Of a stretch of DNA of 64,000 nucleotides, positions 1 to 13,200 are shown piece after piece (the first letter of the stretch is position 1; each line of letters starts with the position of its first letter). Below the pieces are notes generated by a model, which searched no databases, was not told the DNA's origin, and saw only the letters and a program-made list of their open reading frames with translations. The translations under genes and the position numbers were made by a program. The DNA lies in contig OX442314.1 in assembly GCA_949358305.1 (NCBI GenBank), positions 12,896,001-12,960,000 of the forward strand, given 5' to 3'. The DNA comes from Strigamia acuminata. Lineage: Eukaryota.

Positions 1-1262
1 GAGAGAGACACATAAAAGTATAGTTAGAAGTTGTCACGCCACCACAGAAATTAAAATTCGCTTACCGTTGCGAAACATTCCAATCGACTTTATCTTTTTT
101 GGTCAGGAAAACGCATGCGCTTAAAGATAATTGGGGTTGACCCGAGTTGACGAACGAGAGTATTCAGAAAATCGTCAAGAAAGAACTGGCGTTGGGCCCA
201 AAACTCCCGCTATTTTCTCTAGAGAAGGTTTTATGTTTGGGTGGAGTTTCAGTGCAAAATCCATTAAGCCATTTCTTATCTGGAATTTCTTTGTCGACAA
301 GTCATGTCTTCGTAAACGCTGAAACGGCTCGTTCGTACACACGAATAATTTATTTTAATCTTGGATATTAAGAAATTAGGCCTATCGCCCGCGAGAATCG
401 TTTGGAAACAAATGAGAACCGTTTGTCAGCGATAATCTCCCGAAGAAAAATTATCAGTTAGCCAAAATTACTTCAAATTACAATTCAGTCTTGAAAGGGA
501 CCCAAAATTACACTCCTGACGTAAGTTAACAAAGAAACCAGTCTTGTTTATTAAATAATCTTTCCAAATTACCACTCGAAGCGGGAAATTATCATTGATA
601 ATTAATTACTAAAATTCTCCAGAATAAACCTCTTGCGCCCTCCGGAGACAAATTCATCATTTATTCAGGAACAAGAATTTTCGTTTCGTTACTACTGAAA
701 AGAATATTCAATAGTAGTGTCCACTCATACGTTATAATGATGTGCACCCGAGAGTCCAAGTATGGATCCCACGGTCGAGAATATAGATCAAAGTGGCCAT
801 ATATTATTTAAATCCCAGGATAAACGTAAAAATATGGCATACTGCATAATTCATTATAGAATAAAAAATTTAATCTTAAACCATTAGTTGTAAGATCTTC
901 AGTTTATTTGAACTGCGGCTTTGCATGTTATATTCATTAGACGCATTTTCACATTTCTCGCGTTAAACCTGAGTACATCTTGGAAACATAACAAACAAAA
1001 GCAGCCGAAAACATGTTCTCAACTGTGAATAATTCTCAAAGTTAAATACTTACATTTTACAATTAAAATTACTTATGAATTAAACATCAGAATAAGAACG
1101 TATATGTGCAGAATGAGCAGAATTCAAGTCGTTGGAATGTCGCAGAAGCGTAAATTAGAAGTAGTCATGCGAAAAACTAAGCATTAATAGTTAATCCAAC
1201 CAAAAAATTAAATAAAAAAACAAATTATTCAATACTTTTCCCCCAATTATTCATGTACTTAC

Positions 1263-4200
1263 CCGCACTGACGGTAATGGCTTCCATGAACTGATCCTTC
1301 CATGATGATGTACCGACCATCAAAGAGACATTGGCTTTTTTTAACAATTTGTCAACCGTGTTCTGTATTAGTCGGATCATCAAATAAAAGAAATTGAAAT
1401 ATAGATATCACGAGGTAAACAAAAAAATCGTGCTGTAATGCGACGCATCGATCTATATCGTGTAGTTTTCAACGAAAATGACAGCGTTACCTTGAATTCT
1501 TTGTTCTCTTTTATCCTGATTTGTGTTCTCACTAAATCACCCAATCGTGGTCGTCCGAGCAAGGCAATTCGTTCGTCGTCCGACAATTCGGTTGCATTGT
1601 GCGCTTCGAATTCCACACCTGTTCCTGAGTCGGCGTCTCGTTCTGATTCTGTTTCAATGAAATAAATGAATAAAAGATATATTAAAAAAAAAAATAAGAA
1701 GAAGAAATTCTTCTTTTTAAAAAATCCAAAGTTTTTTTGCCCAAAAAATAGAAAAAACGAGAAAAAAAATGAAACCTAAAGTGCAATTTCAGTCGTGTTA
1801 GAGGACACGACTCTTTGTACGTCGAATCATGAATGACGTCAATGCTTTTTTTGTACATTCAGAAATCTTTGAGGTAAATTGCATTCTTTGTCAACCCTTA
1901 AATGGAAAGTTCAAGAGAAGAAAAAGAGATTTGTTTGCTCGTGCACGATTTGCATTTTTAACATCAACTAATCTTATTTACCTTTGATCTGTTTTGGTTC
2001 TCCCAATTCGACAAAAAATATGATATCTTTTTCGTAGGAATCCTCGTCTATCACCTGAATAATGATGTCTTGTCTGTGATAAAATAGAAATCAAACGATA
2101 AATTAGATATTAAACGTCAAACAAAACCTTGAAACGTTTTTTTTGTTGTTGTTTTTAATTAGGATCTTTACTCAACGTGTGAATTTGATTCGTTTTCTGA
2201 GCAAGGAATTAAAAAGGCCTATCTGTGTGATCCCTCGAGAAACGGGTCAACATCGCACAGAACTCGTTAGCATCACTTTGATTGTGGCACAAGAAATCTG
2301 TTCCATTTAGCAGCAAACCAATTAATGTAAAAGGTTTCCACAATGGAACGAGTGCAAGAGGATAAAGAGTTCGGAGAGAAAGAAATACGAAAAAAGAAAA
2401 ATCAAAATAGAGAGATCTTTTCATTCACGCCATTTTTTTTTATTTTTTATTGAAACAAGACCAAGAAACGGGAGAAAAAAAAATGTTATTGATGGTTTTT
2501 CATTTTCAATTTTTTGAATCCAATTCAAGTTTTTCTTCCCCTTCAACCTCTAAAAGATAATACAATGCAAACACTGGTAGTGATGAATTACAACAACCAG
2601 CACAAACCACAAAAAAATTTATTTTTCTCTTTTCGTTTTGTGCTTGGAAAAAATATAGGCAAATAAAATTAATCATGCCACATTTAATTACGAACCTCCA
2701 TCGCAGTGAAATTAAATCACTGAGGAGAATAAATGTAAGAGGAATTCAAACTAGAAATTACTCACAACTGCGCACTTGCGCATTCCTTCTATTTAATCTC
2801 TCATTTAATTCTCCGTCTAACCACCCCGATTGCGCCACTTCATCCAAAGTATATTAAACATTCATCGCATCCATTTGAATACGATATTTACCCATGAATT
2901 AAATCGAATAACAAGTAAATTGAGCTTCTCAGGATCCGTCAAATCACTGAACTGAAGAAAATATTGATTTAAGAAGACAAAAAGTGCTTTTATCCGGGTC
3001 TGCCGCTCTCGACGTAAGCCTTTTTCTCCGTGCACATTGTCATTGCACGAGGCGTTGTTACCTTGGAATAATAGTTAATATTAAACTAATCTGACATGAA
3101 TTGGGTTTAGCAGATCATCTGTGAGTATGTCTGTATAAATAAACTTAAAAATTAAACAATAATGATATTTATTCTTCTAGCAGCTGTGGTTTACCCGACT
3201 TAAAACTCAACAAGGATTTACGCCGGTGCTGAAGCAGTCCATTGTGTAACACAACTTGTTTGCGTTGGACGGAACCGCAGAAAAGCCAAATGAAATGAAT
3301 GTTACACTGCATGTTGGATGTCATAGTAACTGCACATAGGATTTACGGTAAGCCACTATCCATTCTAACGGCCGGATTCGCTAAACTCCGTGTTTCTTTG
3401 CAATTTAAAAGTTATTTTTGGTCTTGTTTACAAAAAAATTAGTCATTTCCGATATATCGATTGGTTATTGATGAACATTATTTATTTCTAACTACCTGGA
3501 GGTAAAATCAAACTCCATGATTTACCCAGGCTCAAATTTGCATAATTGCAAGGATTTCATTTAGTTTGAACTTCCTTTATCAATTAAATTAACTGAATAA
3601 AGTTCGTGTCAGTCAAAGAGAGAGAGAAAAAACAAGCTTTAGCTTTTATTGTCGTCAATAATTGAATATCTGATTAAAATTGAATGAAAAAAGACAGATT
3701 ATGGTCTGTCGAGCTGATAAAAAATGTATGAGTCTGGTAATTCCCCCTGGAGAATTCTCCAAAGTAAATAAAGGGTCAAAATGGCAGCGAAAAATCTTTG
3801 ATCACTTTTACCCAACCTTGGCGAGGCGTTGTAAAGAGCTGGGAAAGGCAGTTTGGTAATAAACAGTGGAGAAATGAGCATCAATCAATCTCAATGAATG
3901 TTTGGACAAAATTACATCTGGGAGGTGTTAAATATCGGCAAGGGACTGTCATATCGTTCAACTTTATTCATAACAAATGAAGCTAAAAGAAGGCGCTTTT
4001 TTTCCTTCCTGAAAAAGACCATAAAAATGTCAAGCCGCCATTAAATGTCAGCAAATATCAAAGTTTTGGACAAATGTTTTATGGCCCAGGAAATATTCCC
4101 ATTCCAATTGCGTCCGCCGTGACAAATTGAGCACAGTGTGACTTTTTTTTATTATTTTTTTTTTAAATTTTAAAATTAAAATGCCCTGGAAAGATTATGG

Positions 4201-7200
4201 TAATCATCATTAATTACAAGCTGCAGTTTGAGCATTAAATGCGAGTACTTTCGTTAGAAGTAATTGAAAAGAGTGAAAGATGTCATGAACGTGGCTTTTC
4301 TGGTGATAAATGCAAGGTTTTTAAGGTTAGAAGGCTTGAAGTTGTGATTAACCTCTCATTTCTCACGGTTGATGAAGGAGAATTCTCCAACTTCATTAAT
4401 CATTTCAAAAAGTGGCCCGACTTAAATGGAAATGTTTATTAGAGTATGACTCGTTTGTTACCGTTCCATTTAGAAGTATTGCACCACCCAATTCCTTACA
4501 GTCACTATATTGCTGTAAGTTTTCAAGTTGCCATGGGGACTGAAACTACTTTGTTGTCAAGGTTACACTGATAGTGATGAGATAACAACCTGAGCACGTG
4601 AGATAAACCTCAAAAAGTATTAAAATAAAAAAGAGAAACATTTTCCAAAATTAAATTAAATTTCAGTCCATTTTGTCAATTCTCGTGTTTCTTTATCTGT
4701 CGTTTATGGAAATGTTCCCCAAGGATAATTTATATTTATACAAACTTCTGAATGTCAAGATATTGACGAAAACATTTATTATAATCACTTAGCAACCGAT
4801 TCGGTCCGGAAATCCGTTCTCTAGACAGTGAACATTCTGCCATTTTCTTTTAAATCCAATGTTTTCGCACGATTGCAGCATCGCAGGAAATGTAGAAGAA
4901 AATCATTTAAAAAAAATAGAGATTGGAGCAAAAGCTTTTTAAACAACATTAATAATTTTCCAAGCAGAAAAACAATCTTAAAATAGCTTAGAAACCGGTA
5001 ATACCCTACTTAACTACTTCTGCACTTGCATTTATCATTATTATCCTAAATGATATCATCTAAACTGACACAATAAACGATATCGATCAAATTAATTTGA
5101 AATTCTGATGAAAAATATTGACCGAACTAAATTTGCCAATTTCATCAAACTAATACAATCAAAACTGTAATCACAAAATCAATTTTTCATTTTCTTTTTA
5201 TCCATTTATAATTACATACCTGATGGCCCCAATATTTTTTTAGAAAAAAAGCCGCAAGTGGGGCTTTGAATTCTAATTTAAATGATTAAATTCATCCACA
5301 ACTTGGTCCCAGCCTGTTTAATTAACATTTAGTAAGGAACTTTTATTTTTTCCTCGTGTTATGCACGTCGGGTCAAATTGCCTGTCAAAAGAACCCATAG
5401 AAAATCCATTACTTGGAAGTTGACTCGAGTTATGATGAAAACATTTGCTTGCTGCAACCCATTTACGATTTTTTTTTATTTTCGCTTGAATATCGTAAGC
5501 GTTTTCGTATAGTGCGTCAAATGAATTTTTTTCCTCCAAATTTGATGGAGTTCGAAGCATCAAAGTAATGCGACAGGTGTTGTCAAATTTCCTTATATAT
5601 TGATTTTCTACCACCCATCGTTGCTCCATTTTATATATCTCTTGCAAAGTGTCTGAGAAAGTTTGAAAGAGGGAAAAAAAAAAAGTTGTACGTGTGTTGG
5701 ACTTGAAAGCCCACAGGAAAGTCGTCGTTGTTTTTCATTTTGTTCGACGGTTCGACGCCATTAAAAAAAAAAAGCTGCTGGTGGGATGGCGAATTAGCTC
5801 AATTACGCCGTTTGCTATCGATTTACTGAAGCCAAACGCGCAAACCAAAGCGAACAAGGAACTAGATTCACCCATTAATCAAAACCCACGACACAAAATG
5901 CATCGAATGGTTTCTAAATCAGATCAAACTCATTAGAAAAGTTGGCAAATAAACAAATTATCATCATTTTTAAAATATAAATCATTAATTTCTATTTTCC
6001 ATCAATCGATGTCGATTCAAACAAACTTCCAAACTCATTCAAAACTCCCATTTTGTGCATCGACTGAGTAAAATTACGTCACGCGATGGTTGCATTCCTA
6101 GGTTTATTAATTGTGTGCACGTGTCGTGTCATTTCTACGAGAACGAGGCGGGAGCTGCTCGCTTTCATTTGTCCATTTACAGAGCCGCTGTTCGTGAAAT
6201 AAAAATGCTTTGTTATTTTTAAAGGGATACCATAACCGCCTTCAACCTTCCGGCTACTAAGCTAAAGAATAATAAATATTCTTTTTGCCTGCAACAAGAA
6301 ATAAACAGGTGCCAGCATCTGTCTTTATCCGCCATTAAAATTCCGCCAATAGCAAGTTTCGTCTGCCCACTAGCGCCGCCATTTTTTAGTTGCCCTTTTT
6401 TAAACGTGTTTATCTTAGCCTTGCACTTAACATTTTTGTAGATTTAGCAGTAAAAGTAAAAAGCACTCAACCATGTTTGGTCGATCGTGTCACTTGATCT
6501 ATTGGAACTTTTATTTTAAATCTTCAATTACTGTTTGCGCAATTACCAACAACAATAGTCGCTCGCCATCATGTGCAACTTTGCACAAACATAATGAAAC
6601 CTTCAATTAATGTGTTGAAATAAACATTTCGTCGCACATTAATGATAAATCTTGAATTAGTAACCAATATTTATATATTTATGTACGTGGATTTTAGCTG
6701 ATCATGTCTTGTGATAATAAATTTAAGAAGAATTGAGTTTACAATTTTGTCTGATAACTTTTGACACATTTTCTTGTAAATTTTCACTCGAATTAAAAAT
6801 GTGAATTTAATTAGCTAGTTAATTAATGGAATGTTAGATTGAATAATTGGTCTATCGATTTTTTTTCTTCTTTTTTTTTTTGCCATCTATTTTGTTGATT
6901 GCAAATCGTAAATTGTATTTTCTCCTTTTGTTTCAAGATTCTTATTTCTTATTCAAACTGCATTTCCATTTTACTTCTATTCGAATGCAAATCCTTCCCT
7001 ATTTTCTAAATGTGTCGCGCTTTAACTAGACACACAAACTAGCTGTCTGTTGATTCACTTGGCACTTGGCACAAAATCCGCCATTGTATCTCATTTCGTA
7101 AAACCGGTACCCACAAATTTCCCTCGAGTTTTATTGCTCATTGTAATGGCATTTTTTTTCAAACTTTTATTTCCCATTTTCTCGAAATAGATGCAGACAA

Positions 7201-10200
7201 ATATCGACAGAAACTTGAAAAATGCGGTGTGAATCATTTATTTTTTAAAATAAAGAAATATTTTTATCTTCTAGTTTTTTTTTTGAATAATCGCCAAATT
7301 CATTCGATTTTTGGTCTAAAATTCAAAATTTTGACTTTTTGAAGGTCTAAAATACAAAATTTGGATTTTTTTGAATTTAAAAATCAAAATCTAGACTTTT
7401 TGCGAGTCTAAAATTCAAAATTTGGATTTATTGGAATTTTAAAATCAAAATTTAGGTTTTTTTTTTGTATACAAGGCAGAAAAATGACGATTTATGCATT
7501 TATTTTACGAATTTCTGCATTTATTGACAATTTCGGCTATTTACGCAAAATAATATACATTAATAACATGCATTTATCCGGGCTCTACGTTTAAATATCA
7601 AAATACCATAAAAGTCCTTCCAATTTAATGAAACGTTATAATAAGAAAATGCATCCAAGTTGTTGCCAAGGAAACACAATACTTATGCTTTAGTTCACAC
7701 AGACCAAGAAGCATTATGTACACTCAATTAAATGTCGTAACTGTACCAGTGCAGTGCATCATTAGCTGAGGGTGTGGTCCAGAGTTTTGCTTGCTTTGCC
7801 GACTCGTAATAAATGAAATTAAAGTGTCAGTGTTCGGGATCGACAGTGATAAATCAATGTGGGAATCGAATGGTTCACTTCAATTAAACTTTAAAACTTT
7901 TTTTTACCGACTGACAGATTTAATTCCCTTCGATTGATCCCAAAAATTGATTTTTGTTTCACCTCCTGCAACCACGTAACACATTTATACAAGCAACTCC
8001 TGACAAACTTGCCTGCAATGCACAAACATCGAGCAGAGAAGCTCTACACACCCCCTGCAATTTTCTAGGGCTGCAGCAGACAGCTGAGAGAGATTTATGA
8101 GTTTTCAAGTGCGCAACCAAGAGTGTCGTACAGAAGAGCTGAAGAAGTGTGAGTAATAAAAAGACCACGAAGTTAAAATTTAAAAAAAAAATAATTATTT
8201 AACCATTTTTCATAAACAAAAAAAAAAATTAAATTTCTTATAAATTTATTTTAAGAAAAATTAATCGTGGGAAAATCCAACGGTGACTCATGTTAGTTGT
8301 TGATTTGTGAGTCGGTGATTTGTGTTAGGCTTATCGGGAGTGTCGCGTGCCACCTCCCGCGCGGTAACAGTAGGCGCTTGTTCAGGCCTAGGGCTCAGAA
8401 AGAAAATACTGACACGTCAATATTGAGAGACCAGAGCCTTCAAGTTTCGCGATAAACGTCGTTAAGATAAAGTTATATCAACTTTTCTCTAAAGAACACA
8501 CACTTGTTAGTATAAAATATGAAGTAAATCGATAAAAGTGTGGTTTATAGCACTGGGAGAAGGGAAAGAAACAGTCGCATGCCCAGTAATGATGGGTGCT
8601 ATCTCCTTTTTATCGTAATGAGTTGTTTGAACATGTGAAACGAAGCTATATTGATGGAAATTTAATTGACCTAATTTTCTTGGCACAGACAATCCCAAAT
8701 AAAAATTTATTGTTTCTACAATTACTTTTTATTAACAATTCTCATGTCTTGAGCCTTCAACACTAATTGAGACGCTTAAAACAGTAATAAACTAATAAAA
8801 ATAGTCGTAAATGATAAAAACTATACAATTTTAGCCCTCTAACAGGCTACTATTTAAGGCAGACGGCTATTCTGTCATTCACAGTAAATCAAATAGTTTA
8901 GTCTACTAAAATAGAACTCGAAAAAACACGAAATCGTCGCGAATCCACATTTTCGCAACTTCTATTTTTATTTTAATCTGTTTTTCATTTCTGCAAGTAT
9001 TTTCGTGTTCAATACCCATGTGGGTCAAGACGATCGCCAACACGGAGCGTCCTACTCAAATTCACCACTCCCAGGAAGCGCGAATCGATTTTTATTTTTA
9101 TTTTTGCAGGTGACTTCAAACATGTTTCCCACTAATGTATGAAGGAAAAAAGAAAGAAACCCGAGCCCAATTTCAGCTCCAGCACCCAAGTCACATCTAC
9201 CAGCTCCCCCTTGAGTCAATTCCATTTCCTAGAGAGAGGAGAGAGAGCGGAGGAAAAAAATGACAACTCGCGACTATCTTCATTCCAAGGAGGCACTCCA
9301 GATGCCAAAGATAGCCAATAGAAAGAAGCTTTTTTTGTATGCTTGCCCTATCTGAGGAAATCCTGGAAGGTGCAGCATCCTGCATCTCTCGAGATCTCTG
9401 CGGAGAGACGCCCAATCTTCAAAATTAGGTCAACGCGATGCTCAGCTAATCTTAGCCCACCTGGATACCGCTTAAACTTTGGCCGCCACACTTATTTTTT
9501 TCATATCTTTTTTTTTTCTTTTTAAATTCAAAGCCTTCTATTTTTTTACATGAAAATTTAGACATTTTATTTGTGTACAAAAATTGGCAAAACATGAACT
9601 TCCTTTTGGAAAATTACAGGAATTCGCTTCCCTATTTATTTTTTGTTTTTATCTTTTGTATTTTTGTTTCATTTAAATGATTTGTGTGTGGAATTTAATT
9701 TTGAAAACAAATATCTCGTTGTTTTTCTCGGTTTTTAAAAATGTATCAAAGAAATACATCAAAGAAAAAGAACTAGCGATGAAAATTTATACATCTGTAC
9801 AGTATCATCTAAATTAAATTTTACTTTAGATTTCTTAAATCTCGAGTCAGCATGACTTTGCCAGCTGTATTTGCTCAAAATAAAGCCGAAAATTGTGTTA
9901 ACATGCCGATGTATCACATACTATAACGTTAACATTCTAATTCCGCCATGTTTAACCTGGAACTGAGAATGTCTTACATCACACCAAAGAGCGACGAAAC
10001 TGTGGCACAGTTTCAGACATTTCAATAAAATAGTTTTTAAACGATTTTTCTTTTTTCGTAAATTCTTCAAAATTATCTCTTGAGAAATCTAAATTGTCAC
10101 GGTTGATAATTTTTCCACTTAGTCATGTTTGCACGAAACCTTTTTACACCTAATTAATTTTAAAAAATTAAAATAATTCTCTCCCTTTATCTCTTGATGC

Positions 10201-13200
10201 TAAAATCATTCTGCGGAGACGATTTTCTAATTCCAGTTGTTATTTAGCAGTATTAAGCCTAATGTTAGGCCTAATAATGCTAAAATAAAGTAAATACTTC
10301 GTAAACAACAGCATAGTACCAAAATATCGTTGTTTTATTGTCATTTTAGCATTATTAGGCCTAATATTAGGCTTAACACTGCTAACTAACAACTGGAATT
10401 ATAAAATCGTCTGCGCAGAATGGGATGTGCAGTACGAATTTAGCATCAAGATACCGGGCGCGAACTGTAGCTCGAGTCACGATACACCTCCAGGAGCACT
10501 GAGGCATCGACATGATTTATGGACCTCTAAGGGCTGTTTTTGCATCTTTGTTCAAGTTGATCCATCGCACTTCTTCCCCTGAGCATTTCAACTCGTTTCT
10601 GTGCCAACAAGAAAGAATGGAACCTATGTATCAAATTTTTTTCCCTTTATAAAAGGCTTTAAGGTGTCAGCATTGATGCACGTACATCAAAAGAAGTGCA
10701 AAGAGAATAGAGAAAACTCATAGCGCAGTGAAGAAAGGAAAAGACAATTTGACGACAATACGTTCAATTTGACTCGGATGAACGGAATTGAAAGCATCTA
10801 GTTTTATCTCCTTCAGTCCAGTCGAGGATTGCGGACTCGAGATAAAGCGCTTGAAAGAAAGGAAAAAAAAAGAAGAAAAGCCGTTGATAATCGAGCCGGG
10901 TTTTATCGAGGGCGTTTCCATTCTGCTACAAGACAAATTTAACTGCAGGATTATAAAAATCATGCATTGAAACACCAGTGACATCACAGACATTAAATTG
11001 ATGGATGTAATTTGTTTAGGTAGCAATTAATTGACTTAATTTCCCTTAACGGCCACAAGTTGAGCCGCCATTAAATTCTTTTCCTTTTATGTTCGCGAAC
11101 GGCAATTAATTTCCAGCAAAATCTGGTTACTAAATAAGTGCCAATAAACTGATAATTGATCAATGTGTCTTCGCGTGTAATGAAATAAAGAAATTTGAAT
11201 AAAGATTGGCAATAACTGGGGATCTTATGCAATGGGAAGTAGCCAGATGACCCTTTTTCAAAGTGATAAAGTGCTCTTCATTGCTCTTCACTTCCGTGTA
11301 ATGTGACAAGGAAAAAAAATCTCTAGTTGTGCACTTTGTAAAAAAAAAAATAAAAAATAAAAATTACTTAATGTAGTATGCGCAAATGGATTGAGTGATG
11401 AGACGGTAAATTCGCGCTTTCATACGGATAAGTAAATTTGTCTACCACTTAAACATTGCACTAAAAATGTATATAAAAGTTTCCTCATCCAATCAGAAAG
11501 CGTGGCAAAAAAAAACGCTCGTTTTACGCTCTGAGAAGTTGAGCCCCCGTAGGAAATTTATAACTTCCCTTACGTCTATCGAACGCATAAAAATTGGAGC
11601 AAAAGTGACACAAAATGTGGATAAAGGCGCATCTGACCTAAATCTACTTGAACGGAATAAAAAATCCCATCAAACAGAAAGGATTTCATAGAAATATAAA
11701 GATAAATCGATGGGCAAACTGTCCGTCTGTCGGCTATTAATTAAAAATGAAACCGTAATCGCAATTTTTACTACGCTTCTTTTCTTTATATCGCGATAAA
11801 CTCGCAGGAACTTACGACCAACACACAAGATTTGTCCGTGTTTTAACTGCTCTGGTGTCATATCCAGAAACCGCCATTAATAATAGATGAAAAGCTATGA
11901 ATAATTTTTCCCCCGTTTTATGTCGCTCGTTTATATTTCACTCTCCTCCCTGTTTGTGTAAGCTTAATTTACCCAGTAATGATTTCTACTTTTTTCTCTC
12001 TGGTTCAACACCCAACGACAGATGGCGTTTCATAATTACCATTTTTTTTTAATATATCAACAACATTTTTTTCTTAATGACGAAACAAATGCTTTTAAAA
12101 ATGTTAAATTACACTTTGTGCAATTTAGGAAACTTTTAAATTACTCCTTTATCGTTCTGGCAATTGTAAACATGTTAAAGCCATTAAAGCAACCGAGTCA
12201 AAACTGCACGCAAAACTTCAAATAGAAAAATCCAATCAGATGAAACTCCAAAAAATCGAACATTTAAACTACAAGTAGTCAAATTGCAATCAATTTTGCA
12301 ATCAAGTAAGGCACACTCACTACAGAAAACGATTTTCAAATTACATTTGCTTTTAAGATACAGTACACAATTGATCAGTTTCATAGCAACTAAAATCTAC
12401 ATTTTATGTAACCAATGACAAAATCATTGGACAAAATCTTTCTGGTCATCCGGCGTTGCAAAAAACATGATAATTTCGAGGGATGTTGAGTGGAAAATTA
12501 AACAAACAAGCATGACGTCTACCAGTTGTTTATTCTCTTGCAAATGAATCAAATTAATTGAACGGCGCTCGCACATGCTAAGCAGCTTCTGCAGAGTGTC
12601 TGATAGATATTTGTAACAAAAAAGTTAAGAATTATCTTTAAAAAAAAATAAACCTGGACAAACTCTCGCTTTAAAATTACAGCAGAACGTCGATTAAGCG
12701 AACACGAGTTTCGCAGTACTGATTACGCAGTAGACGGTTATTACAACTACAATAGTTCATTAAATATTTTACCTTCCTACGGTTGAATAAAATGCTAAAG
12801 CGGAAGCAAACAAGTATTACATAAAATCCTGCTCACATAAAATGTTCACGCTACTGCAGTCTGGCCTTTAGTGTTAACATTTTCAAACCTTCACTCACCT
12901 AAGCGCGCAGGATTGTATATAAACTTGTAATGCAATAATATAATCAACATTTCACAGTATAAATAAAGTATATATATAAAAAAAAAAAGTTACTTACTCA
13001 GTCTGGTTATTTTCAAATATAATTTCTCCAGCTGCAGCAACGTAATGTTTTCCAGCTTTGGCAGTCCCGTCCATAGTCCAGTAAGGGACACTGACGCACC
13101 CTCGTGCACCGCTAAACCGCGAAACTTTAAGTGGAAATTCGCCGATCGTTTCAGTCGTTTCGTACTCCCTCTCGAGAAAATTATAAATCCCACAATGGTC

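Noticed and set aside
61..320. Possible next NCX exon (minus-strand donor CG|GTAAG at 66/65)
   Set aside because: Candidate acceptors give in-frame stops and no match to the expected acidic linker / SCxDYxMHF segment.
7300..7590. MITE-like remnant ending ...ATGCATTTATCCGGGCTCTA with AAAATTCAAAATTTGGA repeats
   Set aside because: Only one candidate terminus and no TSD could be found.
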